Below are positions 33,183-46,300 of a stretch of DNA of 64,000 bases, piece by piece. Under the pieces are notes generated by a model. That model worked only from the letters and a program-made list of their open reading frames with translations. It ran no database searches and was not told the origin of the DNA. The DNA comes from Bugula neritina (lineage: Eukaryota; Animalia; Bryozoa). A program made the translations under genes and the position numbers. The stretch's first letter is position 1, and every line of letters starts with the position of its first letter. The stretch is from NCBI GenBank assembly GCA_964035545.1, contig OZ037768.1, positions 10,200,741-10,264,740 on the forward strand. Direction: 5' to 3'.

Positions 33183-36100
33183 ACTCAATTCTCACCAACA
33201 TCCCTATAAAACTACACGTTACATTTTATCACGTAGTTTACTTTGGGAAAAACAATTTTTCTTTTCATGGAACTTTGGCATTATTTATTTGCTATGCATC
33301 AAGTTTGCCATTTCAGCGTATGCTTTAATTTCTGAAATAGTTGGGATTTGCTTAGAATATACTTGGAAGATACTTGTGTATTTTCGGGCTTGATATGAAA
33401 ATAATAAAAGTATAGTTAACCTTTAAAATTGAAATTTTTTTGCCAGCTTTTCTTAATTCAATCCTAAGTCAATCTTCGAAATCAAACTCAAAACTCAACT
33501 CAAACTTATCTTCAAATGGCATGCACATTGTGATTCACACTTAATCAAATATGACTCCAAGTAAAAGTCATTGGCTAATGGCAGAGGCTCAACATCTCAT
33601 TGTTTTTTTTTCAAATTTTATGATTACTTTAGTGATTCTAAACTTCATTTTTTCATGTATACACTCTTTTTTACTTCAATAGGGTATGGCTATCTTCCTT
33701 GCTTTAGTAGTCAATTATATAATATATAATCTTATGATTCTGAGCAATGGAAGTTTTTTCTACACTTGCCACCGTTGATTTACAATTTACTTCCTAATTT
33801 CTAAGTTGCGGGCAAATTTAGTTTGAGAAATATGGGGATTTTTCAAAATTAGGTTTAATAACCTAGTAGTCTTGTTACTGTTGCACTTGAAGCTTAATTT
33901 TTCCAACTTTTCCGTTCGAGAAATTGAACATCTTGTGTATAAATCGGAAATGCATTTTGCCATCAGCTTTCTTAAACTACGAGCATAGTTTAATTGTAGT
34001 TATCCTCCCTTAAGTTGTCCATGTAGTTGAAAGAAAAAGTTGCCCACGATAATTTGTCGTTGTTTTAGAATTGCAGGTAAAGATTTTGATTAAATTTATT
34101 CAATGATACAAAACCTACAGATGCCAATTTCAAGCAACAGCTGTATTTGGCCTAGAATATAATGTTTTTTACAAGAAATCCCGACCGAAATGACTAATCA
34201 CAAGGAAAGTTGCTTGTATCTTGTGTTATAGTTGTTCATATAATCATATTTTTCTAGGATTGAATAATTACAATATTATTTTCCTAATATTGTAGTTTCC
34301 CATCGTTTTGTAACAATGATTATACTTATGGTTTTTAATTTTCAGTCCGAAGACGGAAGGGAAAGGAAATAATAATACTTTAATAGTAATACTAATACTA
34401 ATAGTAATAGTAAAACTAAAAGTAAAAGCAAATATTAAAATAGACGTGGTGGTAGTAGATTTAATATATTAAATCATTATTATAATTATAGTTGAACAAT
34501 AAAAATATTTTTATTTTAACGTTAAACAGTAAACTTGAATCCTGATGCTTACTTGAACTTGAAGTTAATACTTAAACTTAAACTTAAAGTTAGAGTTAAT
34601 ACATACACTTATAAAGTTATTGTAATTGTTATACTTATACTAACCTACAACTTGAACTATCAATTTTTATAATAATACTTATAGTAACACTAATACTTAT
34701 AGTATTAGTATAAGTATGAGTATAAGTTAATATATAACTATAACTATAAGTAATATATTTAGTATCACATTCTGATTCACTATGACTATCACTATTACTA
34801 TTAGTATTATACTTATAGTTATAGTAATAGTATACTTAGACTCTTAGACTAATACTAAACATAATTTTTCTACTAAATGTAGGCAACTACCATGCTACAA
34901 TTACACACTGTTACTTATATTGATAGTCATACTAGTAGAAAAATTGAATAATACGTTTAATGCTAGATTTATAATTTAATTTTTTAGCCGTGCTCAATCT
35001 TATAAGTCAGTTTTACTTATATTATTCTCTATCTATAAGTATAGTTATTTTTGTTTTTAGTGCTGCTTTTATTTTTTATTAAATATAATATAATAATGAT
35101 TTATTGAAACACTTGAATGATTTTTGTTCTTGCTTTCATTAGGAATATCACCATGGATATGGTAATCATTTTTATTGTTAAGGATTTCACCAGGCAATAT
35201 TTGTACAGTGTAGGTTGTTTTTTTGTAATGATAACTCAACACAACAAATTTGCATCAGTCGTGTTTTTAGAAATCCACTGATATTTTTGGTGTTTTAAAT
35301 TTCTGTATAATATTAATTTGCAAAATCCATCTATTCTGATTGAACGATATAGGCTTTAGAGTGTTCACATTCAAAACACGTGAAAAAAGGTTAACCATCT
35401 ATTACGAAAAATGAAAGAAATTTCTTGTGTTTCAATAGTCTGTCTGTTTTCGGATGGTTTCATGCTTTTCACTGAATGTAGACAGACGACCCTTATGCAA
35501 GAGAAGCTCATTACTTGTTGGTGCAGGCTTGTTTATTACTACTGTTCCAACTAATGCACAAAATATTTTTGGCAATAAATAAAAATAAGTAGTTTTAGTC
35601 AACGCTCTTATTAAAACATCATCGAAGTCAGTAAAAGTTTTTTCAGCAGCAAGGCGCTCTCAGTTGTCAAAATTTTGTATGAGAAAAACAATAGTAGTTT
35701 ACAGCCTATGACTTTATTACTCCTACTGATTATAAATTTTTTAGTTGATATATAATATGAATCATGCTGTTATATTCGCTATATATTCATATTGGTAAAA
35801 AAGTTATTTTGGTTTTGGTTTAAAAGTTTTATCTATGCTTCGCCTTTAGCATTGCCTAGTAGCTGTTTGTTGTTTTAAGAAATATACAATTTATATAAGT
35901 TTGATGCAAGATTCTTAACTTGGCAATATGTGAAGAATAAAATGCATATTTTACTAATATTTTTGATTCCTAATAATGTTTAGGTTATGAGTAGCTGTAA
36001 GTCCAACTTGGCATACCTGATGGCTGTTCACACTACTACTGAGATATGCATTTTACTACCTTAATTCTTATTGAACCAAGCAGCTTACATCCAACATCAT

Positions 36101-36489
36101 ATATTTTGTTACTATAGTAACTTACTACTAAATAGTACATACATCTGTGTGTTTTAAGATGGCCATCCAAAATCCCATAAGCCTTTTGGCTGCAATACGA
36201 GTAAAATCCAATTATAAGGGTAATGCTTAGTATTTGCTAAATATAAATTTTTAAGTACAAATTTGAACCGTGGATGCTAAAATTCTATTACCCCAGTTCA
36301 ACTATAAATTTAAATTATTGTAGCTCATAAATTATAATCTTAGTTTTGCACTCAGTAAGTTTGTCACGGGTTTGAATATCATGTTTAAGCAGTTAAGCAC
36401 TAGTCGTTTCTTTTCTAATACAATAATGTTATTTGTAGGAAAGGTTTGGGGTTACTGATCATGTGCTACAGCCTTTGAACCGACTCATC

Positions 36490-39400
36490 ATGACCTTTTG
36501 TTGCAAATCCTATGTTAAGGATACTGGTGATTCAGTTTCAAGTTGTGTGAAGTCGCGGAGCCCTCTTGGTATAATAGCGCTGGTACTTGTCGTGGTATCT
36601 GCAGCGTTTATTTTCACAGCATATTATATAAACAATGCAAGTGCTCACTCTCCCACTTTGAAGCCTATTTCTCTAGTAAGTTCTTTTCTATCTTTTAGTT
36701 TTTAAAAACATTAAAATAGTAATTTTTGCATATATTTGTTGATGGTAGGTGATCAAGTATGCTGTTGTAACCCTTGAAGAATGATTTACAACATGAGACT
36801 GTAAAATGATTATTTCTTGCAATTAACGAAACTGCACACTAATAATTGTCATTCTTATAAGTAATTTAATTCTGGTCTTAAAAATAACTCATACTTCATC
36901 TGTTGAAACTTTGTGTCTTGGTTTTCTAGGATTTGAGTGAATTTATAACTCAGTTTAGCAGACTACACTGGTGCCTAAATGACACAAAGCAGGATGCCGA
37001 TCTTCTTCCCTCAGTACAAATGAAGAATACATCTAAAGGTGCTGATGTTTCAGCTAAAGATTTAGCTCTCAAAAGGTACCTCATGTAGATTGTCCTAGTA
37101 GTCAGTAATTAAGATGGCTTTTTCTACCAAAAGTTATGAAATGAAAGTATGAGGTATATTGTTGCAGTTTATATATTATCTAACACCCAATATTTCTGTA
37201 ACTTGATTCTATGGCGTCTTTAGTAAAGCTTGTTTGATGGCTATTCTCTTTGGTCTACTAGACTGCCTGCATTTTTACCGACCTAAACTGTTTACTTCAT
37301 ATACTGTATGCTGTATAAAATGGTTGCAGTGCATGCCTACAGATGGTGGTAGTTATACCTGGTGATTATTATCCCATATTCAAGAACAAGTCTGTCTTTG
37401 TGACCTCTATATCTAGCTCTGAGCTTTTTGCTACAGGTATTAGAATATTTTAATACGCTATTATTATATCTATAGAGCTTATTTTCGGATTGAATTTTGT
37501 GCGTGATAACTTTGCTGCAATTTTCTTGAATAAAAATTTTCTTGAAGTGGTCATTCTGGGCAAGCACTAAAGTTTTTTTTTATTCAATAAAAGAATTCCT
37601 GTTTTTAGATTCAGTATCCGTGGAAGAGGTCAGCAGAGTTCGTTTAACTTATTTAATTCAGCATAATTTATCTACTTCTACAAAACATTCTAGAGATGTT
37701 CTAGTCCCAGCATACATAAACATTTCTAGTGCTGCACCGCTACCATCTTATATCAGGTATAGAGTTGTACAACCTTGATATTTTATTCCGTGATAAAAGT
37801 AACATGCAGATAGTAGGGTTTGAACCCCTAACCAAGGTATTTGTACAAAAATTGGAACAATACGTAGCAGTGTATAGTGAGCTAAGGATGGTTGAATAAT
37901 GAACTTCCTCAGGGCTCTTTACACACTCCACAAGGTGTTCTTGAAGCTTATACAATATAAGCAATAAAACTAATAAGGTTTGTGTTCAAACCCCAGTATG
38001 AACATGTTAGTTTCTTCATCACTGAATAGCATGTAGCTGAAATATGGTATTAAATTTACCAAGTGTTTTCAAACAGGGTCATATTGTCTTATTCATATCT
38101 TACCATTAAATGATGTTGCTTGTCAAAATCTCAGTTTACTCTCTTCATTGAAGTATGTGGTGTTTTTCAATTAGCTTCTAAGGTTTATGTTGAATATATT
38201 TCAAATAGTTATCAATTTTGCATATATTATGCTTCTGCACAAGGTAGCTCTTAATTCTGTATATAATATGCTTTGTAGTTATATAATCATGTTGTGTCCA
38301 TGTTAGCAATTTTTTACAACTATGTAAATTTTGCTTTTCATTGTTGAAATTACTATGTATGATTAAAAGTTTTGATGTTTTACAATTTTGATTCCAAATG
38401 TTCTGGTTTCTAATTGATACACTAAAATGAAATAGATCAAAATTTCGATTTCACTTCAAGTATTGGTGCAATATATTGTGCTGAAAAAGTGTAACCTGGT
38501 CAATAATGTCTATTTCAGAGATATATCTACATGTCACTATTCTCCTGATGACAACAGCCCACTTACAACTGTGACTTCTTGTACCAACAAAGCTCCTAAC
38601 TTTTATGTGGATCAGAAATGGGAACATGATCTTGATGTCTATATCTCTATTGTAAGTGGCTGTGCTGTGTTGTTTTGTATATGTTTTGCAGCTAACTGTT
38701 CATGTAACAAACACTGGCTGTAAAAATTCATTTAAATGTATACTTCAACATTTTAGCACGTTAGTCTTATAGTTTTTTTTAGATAGAAAAATAGTGATTA
38801 GCTATCCAAATCCATTGAACACATGGCATAAGTTATCGTTAACCTAATGTGCCATAGACTAATTTTAGTTCATCTAAATGTGTTGTACAACAAATTTGTG
38901 AACATTTTTTATAACCTGGAACCTAAAAAAATTCAAGCCAATAATGATGATCTCCTTTCGTAGTCAGACACAAACTTGTGTCATGGTGTCAATCATAAAA
39001 CTCATATACATTATTAAAACTCTTGCAGTTGTTTGTCTTCAAGCTCTTTACTAATATACTTTCAAAGGTTTACTTAAATTTAAAAATTAAGACAACTCCC
39101 ATGAATCAGTGTTGAAATGGTGCAATTATAATTCTATTATAAGGATTATTGCTGGTAAAACTCCAATTGATTTTCTATAATTTGCTGCAAGATTTTTCTA
39201 AGCAACGTTATACACTGCATTTACTATGTGTTTCACTAATAAACTCTTCTATGTTGCAGGATGAGAGAAGAATTAACCTACATTTAATGTATACCAGTTA
39301 CTTCATTATAATATCAGCCATTACTGTCATTGGATTTAGTTTGATTAGAAGAGGGAATTTGTACAAAAGTTCCCATAAAACGAGCAAAGTAAGTTGTTTT

Positions 39401-39505
39401 CTATGCCTCAAAATTGGAAATCATTGGCAAGTGATGCAACTGTATTCTGTATAGCTCTTTTCATCATTGTAGTTGCCTCCTAAAGCCAGTATTGTAATCT
39501 ATTGA
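36490..39505 (+). CDS. TMEM248: TMEM248-like two-TM membrane protein (start codon, middle exons and last exon uncertain)
   Basis: N-terminal SRSPLGIIALVLVVVSAAFIFTAYY (TM), then DLSEFITQFSRLHWC, and C-terminal DERRINLHLMYTSYFIIISAITVIGFSLIR (TM). These resemble remembered TMEM248 motifs SRPPLVVF, DWNTFL..LDLC and INLHLMHTSYFL. Confidence 0.75.
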
Positions 39506-40396
39506 TGATCTGTTACAATATGAAGACACACCAATGAGAGGGAATTTGTTGCAGTTGAACAAAGCTATATTGTTGTCGGAAGATGATAAAATTGACTGGT
39601 GAGCACAAGTATAGATGCACATTTTTGGAATTGTAAATTTTAACTGTGTCCCTTCTTATTTCTATGTTAAACATTTATCCAACTTATTTTCTTTTGAAAT
39701 TATTGTATTGTGATGGTTTTATATTTATGGTATGCCTTTATGGCATTTGTACAAATCCTATAAAACTATTGAAATAAAGCATATATTAACTACATACCAA
39801 TAAATATTGTATTTGTTGCCACACACAGCCAAGTATACTAGTGCTATAAACATGGCAAAACTGGTTTGTGAACTTGATTGTACTATAAAAGTTGTCATAA
39901 AGACACATTTGCAAGGTTTCAAGACAAGAACACACTTTATTAGACATGATCTATAAGACATATTAAGTAATCTGTATGAAAGTGACTTGAGAAAACTGAA
40001 ATATGAAGACAAACATAGTTAACCAAGTAGGTGATGATGCTATGTGGGAAAGGCCTATTAGAAAACATATTTATCCTACAAAGGGTTGGTCAACCCAATG
40101 TCTGCATACAGCTTATAACCATCATCATGGCAATTGGCCAGTTCAGCCACCTACAAATACATAAATAACAATTACCCAACATTCAGTATAGTAATGGAGC
40201 AATTATTGAATCCACTAATTATTATCCAATATCAACCATCACTGCATTTCCATTACTTCGAATGGATGCTTGTACAGATGAATTTGTGGTTGCAGTTTAT
40301 GGTTGTGGTTCATTCAATACAGCTGTTTCCAAATTTTAGAATGAAAAATCCATTTACAGAATACAAGCTTGGAAATGCAGCGTATAACACATTTAA

Positions 40397-43300
40397 CTAT
40401 GATGCATTAAATAAAAGACAAATTACCTGAGTAATTGTCAATGTGTTTTTCCCAACTGGATTTTCGCAGACAGTGGCTAACACATCCTCCCCTTTAGCAG
40501 CATATACAACTCTGCATGCCGGCTCGCTACACGTTGCAACTACACTCCCTGAGCCAATAGTCAATATGATTCCATGTAAGTCAGCAACATCATCTGATGA
40601 TGTCACCCGATTCGATCCCTTGTACAGTTTGGGACTCTCTTTTAAATTGAATATTTTTTTCACCTAAAAATGAAAAAACTTTCATAATTCAACTTATCAA
40701 AGTTATACTTTTATACAAAACCAATTGGTGACATGTGAGTCTCCTATCCACTACTCTATTAGGCCAACCCTAGGCTGAATAGTGAGAGGACTTACTAAGA
40801 GCACACTGCTAATAATATGTTATTTTCATAACCACAATGTTTAGCTAGTAAGTAACAACATAATACTTTTATTACAATTGCTTACTGTACAACACATGCG
40901 AGATAGCCTGTCTATACAGAATGGAGACCAATTCTTACCAGATGACAGAGGGATCCATAGGTAATAAAGTTACCAGACCCTACTTGTGGCTCCAGTGCTA
41001 CAGTAGCAACTTCACCATCTTTAGATATGTTGCAGAATTTAAGCTGGTGGCCGGTTGACTGTGTCTTGAATGACATCCCTACTGTGTTCCCCCGAGCAGT
41101 TAAAGTCACCTTTAAATTGTAGTCTTTCACCTAAAGCAGTTTTGATAAAATTATAAAATGTGGCTAAGATGCAATAGAGATGGATATTACGAGCAAAAGT
41201 TGCCAATTAAACTTACTTTGCCCTCCTTAGAAATGATAACTTGATCACTTGCTGCAGGTGGTTTGTTGAGTAGAGGTTGTTTGACTGCACTGTTTATCAG
41301 CTCCTGATTCTGAGCCACAACTTCTACTAGTACCTTGTCTGCCTCATAGTATATGCTAATATCATCATTAGGTTGCAGGCCTGCCTAAAATACATATAAA
41401 TAAGTTGAAACATTGAATTTTAAAAGTAATGAACACATTTCATAAATCATACTGTGGATTATATTATACTTTTCACTATGTTTGGTTCAACTTGAAATTT
41501 ATCAGCTAAAAATAAGGTGAAGAATTCAAATAGCTGCAACCCACAAAAACCTAGCAACGTGTAGTTTTATTTGCAATAGTATATTTAAACCGGTTTCAAA
41601 TTTGTAATACCCCAGCACAGAATCAAATCAAGCATAAGCATACACTATGCTATTGCATTAATTTTACGTAGGTTCGTTTTAATTCAAATCTACCAAGTAA
41701 GACATTTAACACACAACAGCATTACAATGTTTTTATGAGCCAAGTACAGCTGTTGGAAGTTCGAACTTGGTTTAATTTCAGCTTTACAAGCAATATATGT
41801 TGAAATATTTGTTCACAAATCAAATACCTCTTTTCTGAGTTTTTGAATGCGGTTAGTGACCTCCCTAGCAAGGCCCTCACTCTTGGCACTTTCATCAACT
41901 CTGCAATCCAGCAGAACTAGGGCTTGCCAGTCAGAGTTGGGCTCATAATGTGAGTTCTGTGAGCCCTCCACCACCAGTTTGGTACGAACCTCCGAGACAT
42001 CAACTCTCTCACCCAACACTTCTATGTAGCCTGCACAGTTATATAGTTATGTAGTCTGTACAGTTATACAGTTATGTAGTCTGTACAGTTATACAGTTAT
42101 GTAGTCTGCACAGTTATATAGTTATGTAGTCTGTACAGTTATAATATAGTTATGTAGCCTGTACAGTTATATAGTTATGTAGCCTGTACAGTTATATAGT
42201 TATGTAGTCTGCAAAGTTATATAGTTATGTAGTCTGTATAGTTATATAGTTATGTAGTCTGTATAGTTATATAGTTATGTAGTCTGTACAGTTATATAGT
42301 TATGTAGTCTGCACAGTTATATAGTTATGTAGTCTGCACAGTTATACAGTTATGTAGTCTGCAAAGTTATATAGTTATGTAGTCTGTACAGTTATGTAGT
42401 CTGTACAGTTATATAGTTATGTAGTCTGTACAGTTATATAGTTATGTAGTCTGTACAGTTATATAGTTATGTTCAAGCAGGTGCATGTTTCTCCAATATG
42501 TAACCAAAATATTCTACATAGAATAAAAAACTGCAAAATAACTGTGAACACTGGCTTTGTTTTTCAAGAACAGACAATTCCAATGTCACAGATACCAACA
42601 GTTGAGTGGACACACTTAATTTACACATATACTACAATTACCAACCCACCTTGGTCTTGCAGCTTGCAGATTTCCTCATGACTCATGCCAGCTATGTGCT
42701 TACAGACATCTTTACTAGCTTTCTTCAGCCTAATGCCAAGGGCCTTGGAGTCACCTTGAGCCTCCATCTTCACATTGAATGCTGCTCGGTCAGTTGTCGT
42801 AGTCAATGATTTAACATTCAACTCCTGAGAGAAAGAAGACACTTAGTTACAGACCCAAGAACAAAAACATCTAGTGTACACACACGCGCACGCACACACA
42901 CACACTATAGAAAAGACTCACGCAAGTTCATAATCACCATCACCGTGAGAGCCCCTGACGGAAAGGGTTTTTTAAATCGAGGTAAAGACTTATTCAAATC
43001 GAGGTAAAGACTTATTCAGATGGGGTACAGGAGCAACTATGACTGGATGCTCTTCCTTTGTTGGGGTTCGAACCCATGACTTCGTGTTTACTAAGCCAAC
43101 GCTCGAACCCCTACCTACGCCCACCATATATGATACAAAATGCAGAACACAGGTACCCAATACAATACAATGCACAGGATATTATCGCATGAGCTATACA
43201 CACCTCAATAATGTAAGTTCTAAGAGACTCAACATCCTTGAGGAAACCTTCATCCTCATTGACAACCACCACCTCCTTCAGTGGATACTTGATAGGAAGT

Positions 43301-46300
43301 GTCCTTCTGTCTCTACTAACTCTCCCCAATTCTATAACCGACTGCATCCTGCTGACTGCTGCCTCTATGTTGGTGTCTATAAGCTCCTCCCTAGGCTCTG
43401 GCACCATCAGAAAGTGAACACTCTCTTCCTTCACTTCTCCCACAATGACATTTCGCAGATTTCTGTAAAACGTTTCTGCCAGAAAAGGGGTGAACGGTGC
43501 CTGCAAATGATAATAAGTACAGAAATAAAGCAGCCTGCAACAGATGTAATGGACCAATACTGTAACAAATTCAGGCCAATAACCATGCAGCATTCTAGTA
43601 TAAACTTGCATTATGGGTAATGACGGTTGGCTGGGTAAAACCTTAGAAACTTAACAAAATCCTATGAGTTAAAACACTTATAACTGTGACACACCATCAC
43701 TTTGGCCATGGAGTAGATGACAACGAAGAGAGTTTCAACGGCAGCTTGACAATCTGCTGCCCCCGAGTCTCCTTTCAGCCTGCGACGATTCATCCTGACA
43801 TACCAGTTGGTGAGATTCTCCACAAACTTGATGAGCCTCGGCACTACTGTGTACAGTCTGTAGGCTGTCAGAACAAGAAAGGATTATAATCAAGAAATTG
43901 TAGGATAATTGTTAATCAAGTGAAAATCTTCAGAAAACAATCATATAGAGTAGTAAAATGATGTTACCAAAACAATGTGTATAGTTATATTTGGTAGACT
44001 ATATGAATAAATATGGTCAATGTCAACTTACTGGGCTCCGTACCTATGACTGTATCTGTTTAATTTATGATAAACTCACCAGCCATTTCAGCTCTCACAA
44101 ACTTGATTAGACTCTGTGTGAAGCTGAGGATCCATCTATCCATGTAGTTGTAGTCGTCAGTCAACTTCCAGTTAGTCTCGTCATGTCGAAATTCAATTCC
44201 TTCTTCCTGAAATACAAATCCAATGAATTTTAAGAAAACCAATTTTTAATTCACCTTTGTATAAGCGTTTCTGAGGAACCATGGCTGGAAAAGTCTTTAG
44301 AGATGCCCACAATTCTTTTGACTTGATATAGCAAATGATTACAACTTTCCTCCATCAAATTTTCCATAAAAACTAAATGAATCCTCTTGCAGGTAATCAT
44401 CAAAGTAGAATATAATGATTTAGAATATTAATAGTATGTCACAGCGAGCATTACTAGTAGTACAATAAGGAAGCCTATATCTAGGGTAGACTAACATACC
44501 CTCTGGAGACGCTCTATGTTTTGAACAAGATATCTGTAAGCATTGAACCATGGCAGGAATACATCCTTGAGTATGTCCCTGACCCCATCTTCCTTGAACT
44601 TCAAACCGTCACCTCTTACGGCCGGAGAGTTAATGAGGTATAACCTACACAATATTGTATCTTTTTACTTACTGCAATGTTTCATTGAAAGCATCACTTG
44701 AACTTCATTGAATTAACATTATCCACAATATATTCAGCATTGCATTCATAAAATAAACGTGTTTTTGCTCTGCATATTAGAAAGTATGTCATTTTCAGAT
44801 TAGGCAAAGTTAATGCCAGAAATTCACATATCTACCTCACAGCGTCAGCTCCGTACTTGTCAACTATCAGTGAGGGTTCCGGATAGTTCTTTTTTCTTTT
44901 GCTCATCTTTGATCCATCACTACATTGTTATCAGAAAAATTAACGCAACTTGAATGAAAACAAAAAGTGCATTATTTTAAAGTGCGCCGGATGAGATATT
45001 CACTATAGCAAATTAGCTCTAAAAAGTTGTCAAAAGTCAGTGTAATTATACTGATTTCGATTTGGAGAGTTATGTACCCTTTTGGCAGTTTGAGAAAGTG
45101 CATTATTCTAACACTCACTTGTGGTTTTCGTGCTGGATATAAATTATTCATTATATAAAATATAGCAAATTAAAAACTGTCAACCTAGAACACAGTAAAC
45201 TGTTGAATATACCCGTGGTTTGCTCAGGTTGGTGAGAAAGATGCAGAGAAGGTCTTCTGCCACCTAACACTTTTTAGGCTGCTTAATGCTTACTGATTTT
45301 AGAAAAAATTTTGAACATCAAAAAATATAACAGATGAAGGAAAAGGAAAAAACAAACTTGCACGATGCTTACATATACACTTTTGGCATACTATAGTTGA
45401 AATCTGTTTGCTAATGCATGTTAACCAGACTCAGCATAGCTTAAGCCTCCTAATAATATAACAATCCCAAGTGACATGGGATTTTTAAGATATGTTGGGC
45501 AGCCTAGCTGCAAGGTAATAGGCTGCACATTAATATAACTTGTTGATACTCTGTGCAGCTGGAGATATAGAATATGTTAGCCTCACCTGGCTAGAACAAG
45601 GCCATTGCAGATGAGATTTTTAAAGGCAGGCTTTCCAAAAAGTGCTGTGGAGAGTACAAGGAGCGTATAAAACCACCCCCTGGTCTGATCAATGCCTTCA
45701 GCAATGAAGTCAGCTGGAAAACTGTAACAGAACACAAATACATCTTCAACAACTTACAAATCAGGTAAATTGCCAAGTAATATTTCAAACCAGCCAGCAA
45801 ATATAAACAAAAATTGGGATTACCTTTCTTCAAACTCCTGTTTCCTTTGAAATGGATAGTGTTGCTGTGCATAAGGCATGCTTCCAGACTCAAACCAACA
45901 GTCAAAAACCTCCGTCACTCGACGGAGAACGCCTTTTCCTTGAGTAGAGGGTATCGTTATGTGATCAACTCTACATAAGAAAAATTGTAAGTATGCCATA
46001 GAAACAAAATGAAAACACCAACATTTAAAAATTGGTTGAAATTGCATAGAATGCTTCATTTTGATAAAATGCAGAAAATAATACGTTATCAACTTTGATA
46101 GCACCCAACTCTGTCAGGTTAGGAAAATCATGAGTGTGTTTAGGAATACCAATAATGCACACACGCAACTCCTACTTCCAAGATTACTACCTGTGTGGAG
46201 AGAAACCGGGAGTTGTCTGCACCAGAAGCAGTTAGTACTCACAAGCTATTAGATAACACTTCAACACAACTTATCCGCAGTACTTACTACATTGATGGAA

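Noticed and set aside
36159-36219. Upstream ATG exon as the TMEM248 start
   Set aside because: It ends in phase 1 while the next exon needs phase 0, so it is more likely 5' UTR or a uORF.
37800-38010. Degenerate inverted repeat of about 32 bp in a TMEM248 intron
   Set aside because: Too many mismatches and no TSD to call a MITE confidently.
42023-42471. CRISPR-like array (also considered for 6560-7045)
   Set aside because: Units are head-to-tail with no unique spacers, there are no cas genes, and the context is a eukaryotic intron.
43039-43620. 193-aa plus-strand ORF
   Set aside because: Antisense to an IARS1 exon and the SINE; no domain.
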